Origin: an uncultured Christensenella sp.
GTDB taxonomy: Bacteria > Bacillota > Clostridia > Christensenellales > Borkfalkiaceae
Direction: 5' to 3'
NCBI GenBank assembly: GCA_905212395.1
Contig: CAJMEI010000001.1
Span: forward strand, 1-26,462
Length of the DNA stretch: 26,462 nt
This document shows positions 8,945 through 18,234 of this stretch, in pieces (positions within the stretch are counted from its first letter, which is position 1; each line of letters begins with the position of its first letter). A model generated the notes under the pieces. The model was not told where the DNA came from and did no database searches. It saw only the letters and a program-made list of their open reading frames with translations. Made by a program: the position numbers and the translations under genes.

Positions 8945-11900
8945 TTAATCGTTACGTTTTTTCAAGAAAACTATTATAGCAAATGCTATTAAGCATAGGG
9001 GTAATACTCCCAAAGAAGACGCAACGCTAGCTTTACATCCGCCTTTTTTAGCGGGCTTAAAGCTAGAACTTGAATCCGTTTGAGAAGTAGAAGTGCTACT
9101 ATTAGACGAACTTATCTCGCTAGAAGAACTAGAAGAACTCGTATCTTGACTAGTGTTGGACGAAGAAGAACTTTCCGAAGAACTCATCTCGCTAGAAGAA
9201 CTGTTTGACGAGCTTTCTTCACTCATACTAGAACTAGAACTTTCTTCGCTAGAACTTGAACTAGAAGTTTGTTGTTTTAACTTAAACGTTGCGCTTACAG
9301 TTACGTTGCTTGCGGGCATCGTAAAGCTTAATCCCGAAATTGCGCTTCCGTTTACCAAAACTTTATCTAATTCGTAATTTTCGTTAGGAGTTACGGCTAT
9401 CGTTATTACGTCGCCCATTTCTGCAACGCTTAAGCTAGCCGTCGCGCTTCCGTTTCCGTCGGTATTTACCGTGATAGAATATTTTTCCGCTACGAACGTT
9501 GCGCCAACCGTTACGTTAGCTGCGGGCATTGTAAAGGTGTTACCGCTAATCGCTTGACCGTCTACCGTAATGCTAACGAGTTCATATCCTTCGTTAGGAG
9601 TTGCGGTTACGGTTATAGTTGTACCTATAGTAGCTTTAGTTACGTTAGTACTTAAAGTTCCGTTTGAAACGCTTGCGGTAGTAATAGTATATTCGATTGC
9701 TCTAAACGTTGCGCTTACCGTTACGGAGCTTGCGGGCATCGTGAAAGTGTTACCGCTAATCGCTTGACCGTCTACCGTAATACTAACGAGTTCGTATCCT
9801 TCGTCAGGCGTTGCGGTTACGGTTACGGTATCGCCTTGTTTTGCGGAAGAAACGTTGGTAGAAATAGTTCCGTTAGAAACGCTTGCTTTATTTATATTAT
9901 AATCTTTTTCAGCGCTTTCTTTAACTAAAACTACAGCGTAACCGCCGTTAGCCCTTTGCGATAAAGTTAAAGTATCGGTGCTTTTTAAAGTTTTAATCTG
10001 GCAGTCAACCGAATTTCTATCAGCTTTATCCGTATAAATATGAGCTATATAGTTTTCTCCGCTATCCAAGAAGTTAAGCGAGAAAGTATCCGTTCTACTC
10101 TTTTCGGTTATAGAACCTATATACCATTTTCCGTCCGCCGTTTTTCTTGCGATAGACATATTTTCGCCAACTTCGCCCGACAAGAGTTTTAAATCTGCCC
10201 AACGACCGGGGAAGTTTTTGTAATAATACTTCACGTCTTCACTTAAAGCCCTGTATTCGTCAACCGTCGAAGCAAAACAGGTTATTCCGGATTCGTAAAT
10301 AACAGAAAACGCCATTTGCGAAGCCATATTCGTATCGCCTTTTCCTACCGTAGTGATATAAGGCGTTAAATCGGTAGGTCCAACCGTTCCACGAACGTAT
10401 GCTAAAATTGAATGTTGATTTACTCTGGTATTATTGTTTTCTTCTCCGTTTATAGCTTCCCTGTTTATTACGTTAGGATAAGTTACCCTTTCTCCCGACG
10501 GTTTATTTGAACCGTGGAAGTTTCCTAACAAGTGATATTGAGCCGTTTTTTGATATAGCTGTTGATAAATGTCTATTGTTTCCTGACTTTCACTATCGAA
10601 GAAGTCAACTTTAATTCCCGCTATACCTATATCCTGAAGCATTGAGAATACTCTGTCCATTCTCGTGGGAGTATCGCATATTCCCGTATGCAACCAAGCA
10701 ATCAGTTTTACGCCTTTTCTGTTTGCGTAATCTATAATTTTTTCACCCTTGTAAGAACCTGCCGTATAAGTTACGGTACTTTCGTAACCTTGCGTCCAAT
10801 ATTTGCTCTTAGAAGTCATCCAATCGTAAACGCCTTCGTACCATCTATCAAAGTTTTGGTAGCCGGGCTTAATTGCTTCTCTATCGTAATCGCCCGTATA
10901 GTTGTTAACGTTGTTCTTGTTTCCAATGGAAACCCATGGTTGCCAACCTTCGTCCATTACAAAGTATTTCCAACCCATTTCGGCGGCTAAATCTATATAC
11001 TGTTTAATCGCTTCGGGGTTGCCTTGATAACCTTGACCGTAAGTCGGACTGAACCAGTTTCCCGTGCTGGGAGCGTTAAGTCCGCTCATCCAAGACCAAG
11101 CCGTTACGCCAGCTTCTACCCAATCCCAATCGGTTCCCGAAGTATCCGCTCTCGTGGCAACGTTTTCTACTATCTGAGATTTTATTACTTCTTCCAACGT
11201 TCCCGCGATGAATACTCTCCACGGAAGTTTCGCTTGCCCGTTTAAAGTTACCGCTCCCGCTTGTTGCGCGGAGTGATTTAACTTCATTATCTTGGTGTAA
11301 ATGCTAGTTACGCAAGAACCCCAGTAATTACCCATTAAATCGGCTTCCGTCATAAGACAGTAAAGTCCGTCTGGAGTTTTGTACATAAACGGTATGGTTT
11401 TAAGTCCGCCGAATTGTGAAATCATCGTTTCGCTTGCGGTTTGTTCGTGCGTATAAGTTTTTCCCGAAGTGTCGGGCATTACGCAAGAATAGAACCTAGA
11501 AAAGAAAGGTATAGTTATTTGAGTATCTTCGTCCGTTACGGTAAACTCTCCGCCGTCCGCTTTTTGTACAATATAACGGAAAGCAACTCCGTCGTTATAC
11601 GCTCTTCCTACAACGGTAAATAAATCGCTACCGTGAGCAAAAGTTATGCTTTGTTCGTAACAATAATCTCTATTAGATAAAAATTTACCCGAGTAAGTTT
11701 TATAGGTTTCGTCTATTAAAGTTTTAGAAGTCATAGACCTATACGTAAATCCGTTGGTAAAATCGCCTAAGGACGTATTGTTTAAACCTATTCTAGATTT
11801 TTCTACGAATAACTTTCCGTTTTTAACTGCGGAATAATCTATCCAAGAATTATTTAACGTTACTATTAACTTAGTATTTCCGTCGGGAGAAGCAAGTTCC

Positions 11901-13810
11901 ATTTGTTTGTTTGCGGTAGACGACGCGCTTCCTACTAATACTTTCATATTAGTAGATATAGTAACCGAACCTTCCGTATAGGTGGTTTCGATTATAGCTT
12001 CGCCTTCTCCTACTGCTTTAATGGTTTTAGCGTTGTCGTCAACGGTTACTATTCCCGTATTGCTAGAAGAAATAGTAAAGGTCGCGTTAGACGCTTTTTT
12101 AACTATGCTTCCGTAAGAACACGAATAAAGAGAAATGTTAGCCGTTTCTCCAACTTTTAACGAGTCGTTGGAAGACGTAAGCGAAATTGCTCTCGTAGCG
12201 TAGGGGGTGTTAGCAAACACTCTCGGCATACAGTATAACGTATGCGCACTGTTAGTATTAGAAGTAGAAGTTTCCACCCTTATTTTAACGGTATTTGCAG
12301 GAATATTTACTTGAATTCTTCCCATTTGACTCGTTCTGGATACCGTTACGGATTGCAATAACGTATAATTCGTTCCGTCTGAACTTGCTTTTACGTTAAA
12401 CGTCGCGTTTTGAACGTAATCTGCAGTTTTCGTACTTACTATTCCGACGAACGCCGAAAATACCGTGGCATTCATTTCCGATACGTCGTATTCGGCGCTG
12501 GAAGAAGCGTGCATAAATACACATTTATCAAAATAGGTGTCTACCGAATGAGTAGTAGCAGGCTCCGTTATTACGTTTAATAACGTAGATTTTCCTTCTA
12601 AAACCGTATCGTTTAACAAGTCGCCGAAACCTATATTGGTCGCGCTTGTCGTCATATCAGATAAATACGCGTAATCGCAGTAGAGTTTTAAATCGGCAAG
12701 AGTCGCGTTATCGAAAGCGTTTCCGTCCCCGCCGTCTTCTACTACGATGGATATATGAGAAGCTCCGTAAGGAATGTTTATATCCAAAGGAATTGCGTCT
12801 GTATTTCTAGTTAAAACGCCGGTTGTCTTTAAGTTTACGTCGTTCCCGCCGTTCATTCTATAATTGATTTTTACTACGACCGTTCCTTCTCTATCGTAAG
12901 CAAGAGCGTCCCTTTGGTTTATTCCTACAAGTCCCGTAAGCCTATACGCCCCCGTTCCGCTGATATCCCAACCATATTTACAATTCGCTTGGAAACATAA
13001 ACCTTTTTCAAAAGTTTGCGTTGCTCCGTTTACTTTTAACGCAAGCGGGACTAAACTTCCGTTGTCTAAGGGGAACGCTTGGTTTATAGAAAAGTTATCG
13101 TAATAATCTTGATAATCTTTATAACTATAAGGAAAGTCGCTTAAATATAAGAAATTTGCTTCTTGCCCTACCGTTAAATTTTCTCCGTAAATTCTAGGAT
13201 TTGCAAATACGGCGTGTTCGCACATAATATCTTGCGTTCCTACGTCGTAGCTAGCAAGAGTTAATTCCTTAACGCCCGTAATATCTACGTCTATCGCCCC
13301 TTGTACCGAATCGGGGTTATATGCTTTTGCGTCGTTAAACAATTCCCTATCGTCCCCGTAAATTTTAAAGCTTGCGGTAGCGGAATTAGGAAAATTCGTT
13401 CTGTTAGCCCATTGATTGTCGCTCTTAAACTGATTTACGCCGATTATCGCGGTAAATCTCGTAGCGTTTAATCCCGTAAGGTCATATACTATTTTACCTT
13501 CCGAAGAACCGCTAGTTCTATTTATGGTTATAGCTTTAGAGTATCTTTCGTTATACGCTCCGCCACCCCTTTTTAAAGTAATAGCTCCGTCCAAAACGTC
13601 GCCGGGATTTAAAGTAGTGTTTATAGCAAATTCCCCTACGTTTTCCATTCTTGTGTACGTAAGGTCGCTTAAATATGCAAATTTATAGGTGTTTTCCGCT
13701 TTAACAGTTTGTATTGAACTCTTTTTGCTTAAAGTAGCGCTTATTGCAAAAATCATCGACAACGAAAATATTAAAGATAAAAACCACAACGAAATCTTTT
13801 TCGTTTTCAC
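8945..13810 (-). CDS. Secreted, surface-anchored multimodular GH97 glycosidase: signal peptide, 3 NPCBM/CBM51-like modules, Ig-like domain, GH97 N/catalytic/C domains, 3 divergent InlB B-like repeats, Ser-rich linker, C-terminal TM
   Basis: Repeated YLSD...YD.....A.RF...GI NPCBM pattern; GH97 motifs RAYNDGVAFRY, PWRVF, WSW, YIDLAAEMGWKY.VMDEGW, GIKVDFF, FHG..KPSG...TYPN...RE, GP.D.TP. GTG start with AGGAGG 8 nt upstream. Confidence 0.88.
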   Translation of the reverse strand: MKTKKISLWFLSLIFSLSMIFAISATLSKKSSIQTVKAENTYKFAYLSDLTYTRMENVGEFAINTTLNPGDVLDGAITLKRGGGAYNERYSKAITINRTSGSSEGKIVYDLTGLNATRFTAIIGVNQFKSDNQWANRTNFPNSATASFKIYGDDRELFNDAKAYNPDSVQGAIDVDITGVKELTLASYDVGTQDIMCEHAVFANPRIYGENLTVGQEANFLYLSDFPYSYKDYQDYYDNFSINQAFPLDNGSLVPLALKVNGATQTFEKGLCFQANCKYGWDISGTGAYRLTGLVGINQRDALAYDREGTVVVKINYRMNGGNDVNLKTTGVLTRNTDAIPLDINIPYGASHISIVVEDGGDGNAFDNATLADLKLYCDYAYLSDMTTSATNIGFGDLLNDTVLEGKSTLLNVITEPATTHSVDTYFDKCVFMHASSSAEYDVSEMNATVFSAFVGIVSTKTADYVQNATFNVKASSDGTNYTLLQSVTVSRTSQMGRIQVNIPANTVKIRVETSTSNTNSAHTLYCMPRVFANTPYATRAISLTSSNDSLKVGETANISLYSCSYGSIVKKASNATFTISSSNTGIVTVDDNAKTIKAVGEGEAIIETTYTEGSVTISTNMKVLVGSASSTANKQMELASPDGNTKLIVTLNNSWIDYSAVKNGKLFVEKSRIGLNNTSLGDFTNGFTYRSMTSKTLIDETYKTYSGKFLSNRDYCYEQSITFAHGSDLFTVVGRAYNDGVAFRYIVQKADGGEFTVTDEDTQITIPFFSRFYSCVMPDTSGKTYTHEQTASETMISQFGGLKTIPFMYKTPDGLYCLMTEADLMGNYWGSCVTSIYTKIMKLNHSAQQAGAVTLNGQAKLPWRVFIAGTLEEVIKSQIVENVATRADTSGTDWDWVEAGVTAWSWMSGLNAPSTGNWFSPTYGQGYQGNPEAIKQYIDLAAEMGWKYFVMDEGWQPWVSIGNKNNVNNYTGDYDREAIKPGYQNFDRWYEGVYDWMTSKSKYWTQGYESTVTYTAGSYKGEKIIDYANRKGVKLIAWLHTGICDTPTRMDRVFSMLQDIGIAGIKVDFFDSESQETIDIYQQLYQKTAQYHLLGNFHGSNKPSGERVTYPNVINREAINGEENNNTRVNQHSILAYVRGTVGPTDLTPYITTVGKGDTNMASQMAFSVIYESGITCFASTVDEYRALSEDVKYYYKNFPGRWADLKLLSGEVGENMSIARKTADGKWYIGSITEKSRTDTFSLNFLDSGENYIAHIYTDKADRNSVDCQIKTLKSTDTLTLSQRANGGYAVVLVKESAEKDYNINKASVSNGTISTNVSSAKQGDTVTVTATPDEGYELVSITVDGQAISGNTFTMPASSVTVSATFRAIEYTITTASVSNGTLSTNVTKATIGTTITVTATPNEGYELVSITVDGQAISGNTFTMPAANVTVGATFVAEKYSITVNTDGNGSATASLSVAEMGDVITIAVTPNENYELDKVLVNGSAISGLSFTMPASNVTVSATFKLKQQTSSSSSSEESSSSSMSEESSSNSSSSEMSSSESSSSSNTSQDTSSSSSSSEISSSNSSTSTSQTDSSSSFKPAKKGGCKASVASSLGVLPLCLIAFAIIVFLKKRND
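9060..9270 (-). repeat. Low-complexity Ser-rich linker inside the GH97 gene
   Basis: Recurrent ctagaa/gaagaa units encoding poly-Ser with Glu/Thr. Confidence 0.85.
9280..9905 (-). repeat. Three tandem ~210-nt (70-aa) repeats encoding InlB B-repeat-like domains
   Basis: aacgttgcgc recurs at a 210-nt period (about 9285, 9495, 9705); two copies share long near-identical DNA (gtgttaccgctaatcgcttgaccgtctaccgtaat). Confidence 0.9.
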
Positions 13811-13977
13811 TGCATAGTCCTCCTAAATTTATTCTCTATAACATATTATCATCTTTTTTAAATAAAAAAAATAAACAAAAGAAACTTTTGTTTTCAAAAA
13901 ACCTTTTTAAATATGGACATTTCACTTTTTATATGTTTTTTGCTTGATTTTTTTATTCCTTAAATTATAATTGTATT

Positions 13978-14805
13978 ATGAGTAAGGTACATTTTGGAAT
14001 TTACCCTGTAGAAAAAGACTGTTACATCGTCGAAATAGGGAAAAGCGAAGACACCGAACCGAATTGTTGGGGTCCCGGAATAAGGGATAGGTATATGATT
14101 CACTTTTGCCTAAGCGGAGAAGGTACTTTTAACGGACAAAAAGTAACGGCTAACAATTATTTTTTGGTAACGCCTTTCACAAAAATAAATTATAAGGCAA
14201 ATCCGAGCAATAAATGGCAATATTTATGGATAATAATGGGCGGAAATAATTGTAAATCATTACTAAAAGAGTACGGATTTATTACGGAAACGGGAGTAGG
14301 AGTATATAACTATACCGACAAGCTTAAACAGCTTATTGATTTTATATTCCCAGAAAACGCCCCGCCTATGAATTCGGACACCATAGCCTATTGGGTAAAA
14401 ATGATTTTTTCTTATAATCAAACGGAAGGCAAAACGAATTCTCACAAAAACGTTAAGAAAAAACATTTAGAAGACGCGGTACACTTTATCAACTTAAAAT
14501 ATCACAGCGGAATTACCCCGTCCGACGTAGCAAAACACGTAAAGTTAGACGAAAAATATCTTTGCTCGATTTTTAAAGCGAATTACGGAGTTTCTATTCA
14601 ACAGTACTTAAACACTTTGAGAATTGAAAAATCTAAACACTTACTGCTTAATTCGGATTTAAACATTTCCGAAATAGCTTACTCCGTAGGAATAGACGAC
14701 CCGTTATATTTTTCAAGATTTTTTAGAAAGACCGTTGGAGAAAGTCCGAAATATTTTAAAAAAAATAATTTGAAAAATCAAGAGGACAATAACGATACGA
14801 AATAA
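13978..14805 (+). CDS. AraC-family transcriptional regulator, divergent from the GH97 gene
   Basis: N-terminal cupin-type domain (WGPGIRDRYMIHF.LSG.G...W.Y.WI) and C-terminal double HTH ending NISEIAYSVGIDDPLYFSRFFRKTVGESP. Confidence 0.95.
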   Translation: MSKVHFGIYPVEKDCYIVEIGKSEDTEPNCWGPGIRDRYMIHFCLSGEGTFNGQKVTANNYFLVTPFTKINYKANPSNKWQYLWIIMGGNNCKSLLKEYGFITETGVGVYNYTDKLKQLIDFIFPENAPPMNSDTIAYWVKMIFSYNQTEGKTNSHKNVKKKHLEDAVHFINLKYHSGITPSDVAKHVKLDEKYLCSIFKANYGVSIQQYLNTLRIEKSKHLLLNSDLNISEIAYSVGIDDPLYFSRFFRKTVGESPKYFKKNNLKNQEDNNDTK

Positions 14806-14815
14806 TTAAATATTA

Positions 14816-14853
14816 AAGGCGGAATTTAATCGAGCTCGATTAAATTCCGCCTT
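14816..14853 (+). terminator. Perfect 38-bp palindrome, probable terminator of araC
   Basis: aaggcggaatttaatcgag|ctcgattaaattccgcctt, 10 nt after the stop and followed by attttatt. Confidence 0.75.
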
Positions 14854-14987
14854 ATTTTATTCTTATATGGTTATCTAAGTCCGAACTTTTACGCTTAATT
14901 TTGTATAAATTATTTAGAAAGTTTGTCTATAAGTCAAAAAACGCTTAAAAAGCTTTTAAAATTTACTTCCTCTATTTTATAATACAA

Positions 14988-15083
14988 GAAGTTAGAAACT
15001 TGCTTGCAAGGGTTTATAACTTCGCCGTGTTTCAAACAAGAAGTGTAAAAACGCAAGTTTTTACTCTAGCGCCGCAAGGGGCT
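14988..15083 (+). ncRNA. Candidate structured small RNA or REP/MITE-like element (three GCAA-loop hairpins)
   Basis: Hairpins at 14988-15023, 15045-15064 and 15068-15083, each capped by GCAA; TATAAT at 14978-14983. Confidence 0.4.
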
Positions 15084-15103
15084 TAAAGATTTTGCCATAA
15101 AGT

Positions 15104-15146
15104 AAAGAGTGAAAATTTAAACGAAAAATTTAAAAATTCACTCTTT
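15104..15146. terminator. Possibly bidirectional terminator downstream of DUF1846
   Basis: aaagagtgaa (15104-15113) / ttcactcttt (15137-15146) with an AT-rich inner stem. Confidence 0.55.
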
Positions 15147-15164
15147 TTCTTTATTTCACTTTTT

Positions 15165-16652
15165 TTATTTTGCGTGATAAAGTTTTTTACTTTGGTAAAC
15201 GGGGTCGCTGGTATAATCTATTCCTAATTTTTTAAGGACGTTTATATCCACTTGCGAAAGTATTACGGTGGAATGACACTGAACGCCTTTTAAAAGCGGT
15301 AGAGCTTTAATGGCTTTATCGGCAAATTCGTCCGTAACGGCGCTTATGGATAACGCGATTAAAACTTCGTCCGTGTGTAGTCTTGGGTTATGTCCGCCAA
15401 GGCTGTTTATTTTTAGTTTTGAAATAGGTTCTATAACGGACGGTGGTAAAAGCATAACTTTATCGTTAATTTGCGCTAAATGCTTTAAAGCGTTTAAAAT
15501 GCACGCGCTTGTCGCCCCTAATAAAGCAGTGGTTTTACCGGTAATAATCGTTCCGTCGTTTAATTCCATAGCCGTTGCGGGCGCAGACGTTTTTGCGGAT
15601 TTTTCCCTTGCGCAACTTACGCACTTTCTTTCCGCGACCGAAATATTGCATTTTTGCATTAAAACGTCTAATTTATTTACAACTTCGTCGCCGATTTTAT
15701 CGTTTCTTCTATCGCATAAAGCGGTTAAATATCTACGAATTATTTCTTGTTTGGAAGCTTCTACGCAAACGGCGTCGTCGACGATGCAATTTCCCGCCAT
15801 ATTTACGCCCATATCCGTTGGCGATTTATAATACTCTTCTCCGAAGATTTTCAGAAACATTTTTTTGAGTACGGGGAAAATTTCTACGTCTCTGTTATAG
15901 TTTACGGTACTTACACCGTAAGCTTCTAGGTGATAGGGGTCAATCATGTTTACGTCGTTTAAGTCGGCAGTAGCGGCTTCGTACGCGACGTTTACCATAT
16001 GTTGCAACGGTAAATTCCAAATGGGGAAAGTTTCGAATTTAGCGTATCCCGATTTTACACCCCTTTTATTGTCGTGATAAAGTTGAGAAATGCAAGTTGC
16101 CATTTTTCCGCTTCCCGGCCCCGGGGCGGTTACGACTACTAACGAACGCGTTGTTTCTATATACTCGTTTTTTCCAAGTCCGCTGTCGCTCACAATTCCT
16201 TCTACGTCGTAGGGATAGTTGGCGATAGGATAGTGTCTGTAAGATTTAATACCTAATTTTTTTAAGGTTTTTTCGAACTTTTTAGCAAGTTTTTGGTCCT
16301 TAAATTGCGTTAAGCAAACGCTACCGACGTACAAACCCACTTCTCTGAACGCGTCTATTAATCTTAAAACGTCCATATCGTAAGTTATACCTAAATCTCC
16401 CCTTACTTTGCATTGTTCGATGGCGTCTGAATTTATAGCGATAACTATTTCCGCTTCGTCTTTCATTTTAAGTAACATTTGTAGTTTACTGTCGGGCTTA
16501 AAGCCGGGAAGAACCCTAGAAGCGTGATAATCGTCGAAAAGCTTTCCGCCGAATTCGAGATATAATTTGCCTCCGAACTTATCTACCCTTTCTTTTATGT
16601 GTTCCGATTGCATCGATAGATATTTGTCGTTGTCAAAACCTATTTTATTCAT
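15165..16652 (-). CDS. DUF1846 (UPF0371) family P-loop protein
   Basis: IGFDNDKYLSMQSEHI...KLYLEFGGKLFDDYHASRVLPGF, APGPGSGKMATC, YAKFETFPIWNLPL, SPTDMGVNMAG. Confidence 0.9.
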   Translation of the reverse strand: MNKIGFDNDKYLSMQSEHIKERVDKFGGKLYLEFGGKLFDDYHASRVLPGFKPDSKLQMLLKMKDEAEIVIAINSDAIEQCKVRGDLGITYDMDVLRLIDAFREVGLYVGSVCLTQFKDQKLAKKFEKTLKKLGIKSYRHYPIANYPYDVEGIVSDSGLGKNEYIETTRSLVVVTAPGPGSGKMATCISQLYHDNKRGVKSGYAKFETFPIWNLPLQHMVNVAYEAATADLNDVNMIDPYHLEAYGVSTVNYNRDVEIFPVLKKMFLKIFGEEYYKSPTDMGVNMAGNCIVDDAVCVEASKQEIIRRYLTALCDRRNDKIGDEVVNKLDVLMQKCNISVAERKCVSCAREKSAKTSAPATAMELNDGTIITGKTTALLGATSACILNALKHLAQINDKVMLLPPSVIEPISKLKINSLGGHNPRLHTDEVLIALSISAVTDEFADKAIKALPLLKGVQCHSTVILSQVDINVLKKLGIDYTSDPVYQSKKLYHAK

Positions 16653-16724
16653 ATTTATCCCTTGTTAAAAATTTGTTTTGTGTTTTAGGTTTCTTTTGTC
16701 GAAAACACAAAAAAACCGAAAAAT

Positions 16725-16753
16725 ATTATACTACTTTAACGGCTAAATTACAA
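16725..16753 (-). promoter_or_regulatory. SigA-type promoter of DUF1846
   Basis: TTGTAA, 17-nt spacer, TATAAT on the minus strand. Confidence 0.6.
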
Positions 16754-16809
16754 TTATTTTTTAAATTTAATATCAAAATTTTTAACAAACGAATTAGCCA
16801 TACAAAAAA

Positions 16810-16830
16810 ACCCGACTTTTTAAGTCGGGT
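16810..16830 (-). terminator. Intrinsic terminator of mgtE
   Basis: acccgactt / aagtcgggt stem followed by a T-run on the minus strand. Confidence 0.85.
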
Positions 16831-16836
16831 AAATTT

Positions 16837-18234
16837 TTAGTAATGAAACATTTTTATTAAAATTAAACTCGCCATTCCGTAGTACGTTATTACGGAAACT
16901 AAATCTACTACGGTGGTAATCATCGGCCCGCTTGCAACGGCAGGATCTTTTTTGAGCTTTTTAATTATCATAGGTATTAAACAACCCATAATGCTTGCAA
17001 CCGTCATAGACACTAAACACGCTATGGATATACAACCCGATACGACGAACGAATGATGATAAGTAAATCCGTTGCGGAATTTTACTAATAAGCCCATAAA
17101 TATAAAGCAGATTATACCCATTATAAGTCCGTTGAAAAATCCTACTCGCATTTCTTTAAACAGGAATTTAAACTTTTCTTTCGTGGACAAATCTTCTCTA
17201 TCTAAAACCCTTAGCGTTATAGCTAACGTTTGCGTTCCGCCGTTTCCCGACATATCCAAAATTAAAGACTGGAAGCAAACGATATACGCAAGTTCTTTTA
17301 TAGTTCCTTCAAAAAGTCCCGTTACGGAGGAAACGAGCATTCCTAAACACATTAGAATAAATATCCAAGGCGTTCTTTTTCTTAAACTTTTAATAAGCGG
17401 TTCGTTTAAATCTTCTACGTCCGTTACCGCCGCGAATTTAACGTAATCTTCGTCCGCTTGTTCGTGTACGACTTCCAAAATATCCGAACTCGTTATAACG
17501 CCTATCAACTTATTTTGACAGTCTAGTACGGGGATTGAATCTTCGTCGTAATCTTTAATTTCGTTTATACAGTTTTCTATTTCTTCGTCGCCGTAAACGT
17601 AAGGATAACTCTTTATTATTATATCTTCAAGTTCGGTAGTCGCCCTTGCGATTATTAGTTCGCGCAGTTCTATCGCGCCCGCGTATTTCCCTTCGTCGTC
17701 TACTACGTATATGGTGGAAACGTTGTCGTTGTCGGCGGCTTGCTCTATTAAAGATTTCATCGCTTCTTTTACGCTGGATTTTTCTTTAATACATATATAG
17801 TTAGTGGTCATTTTACTACCGATTTGTTCTTCGGTAAAAGATTGAACCATTACTATATCTTTTTTTGCTTCGTCGTCTAGCAGAGCGATTAGTTTTTCCT
17901 TTTTATCGTCTTCTAACTCGTCTAATACGTCTATTGCGTCGTCAACGTCCATTTCTTCTATAATGTCGGCTGCCTTTTCGTTAGAAAGTTCGCCTATATA
18001 GTCTTCTACGTCGTCTAAGTACGCAAATATTTCCGAAACTTTTTCGTTTCCTAAAATTCTATAAAGTTTTTGCCTTTCTTCTTTGGAAAGAAATTCTAAG
18101 GCGGAAGCAATATCGTTTTCGTGGTATTGTTCCAGTTTTTCTCTTATTTCGTCAGCGGGTAAATTACTCCTGATTATCTCGGATATTTCCGAAGAATAGT
18201 CTTTGCTGACGGAAGAAATTTTTTCTTCTTCCAT
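16837..18234 (-). CDS. mgtE: Magnesium transporter MgtE
   Basis: Acidic N-domain, tandem CBS domains, 5-TM domain with R.PW, GNGGTQ and DPAVASGPMITTVVD. Confidence 0.96.
   Translation of the reverse strand: MEEEKISSVSKDYSSEISEIIRSNLPADEIREKLEQYHENDIASALEFLSKEERQKLYRILGNEKVSEIFAYLDDVEDYIGELSNEKAADIIEEMDVDDAIDVLDELEDDKKEKLIALLDDEAKKDIVMVQSFTEEQIGSKMTTNYICIKEKSSVKEAMKSLIEQAADNDNVSTIYVVDDEGKYAGAIELRELIIARATTELEDIIIKSYPYVYGDEEIENCINEIKDYDEDSIPVLDCQNKLIGVITSSDILEVVHEQADEDYVKFAAVTDVEDLNEPLIKSLRKRTPWIFILMCLGMLVSSVTGLFEGTIKELAYIVCFQSLILDMSGNGGTQTLAITLRVLDREDLSTKEKFKFLFKEMRVGFFNGLIMGIICFIFMGLLVKFRNGFTYHHSFVVSGCISIACLVSMTVASIMGCLIPMIIKKLKKDPAVASGPMITTVVDLVSVITYYGMASLILIKMFHY

Noticed and set aside
9060..9905. 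Repeats as a possible CRISPR array
   Set aside because: They are in-frame coding repeats, with no repeat-spacer structure and no cas genes.
13744..13947. 67-aa plus-strand ORF in the GH97/araC divergent region
   Set aside because: It overlaps the GH97 start and the promoters, is AT-rich and low-complexity, and has no RBS.
15310..15929. Antisense ORFs up to 173 aa over DUF1846
   Set aside because: Shadow ORFs expected from codon bias; the same applies to those over PFOR, GH97, mgtE, the ecf genes, ftsH and parB.
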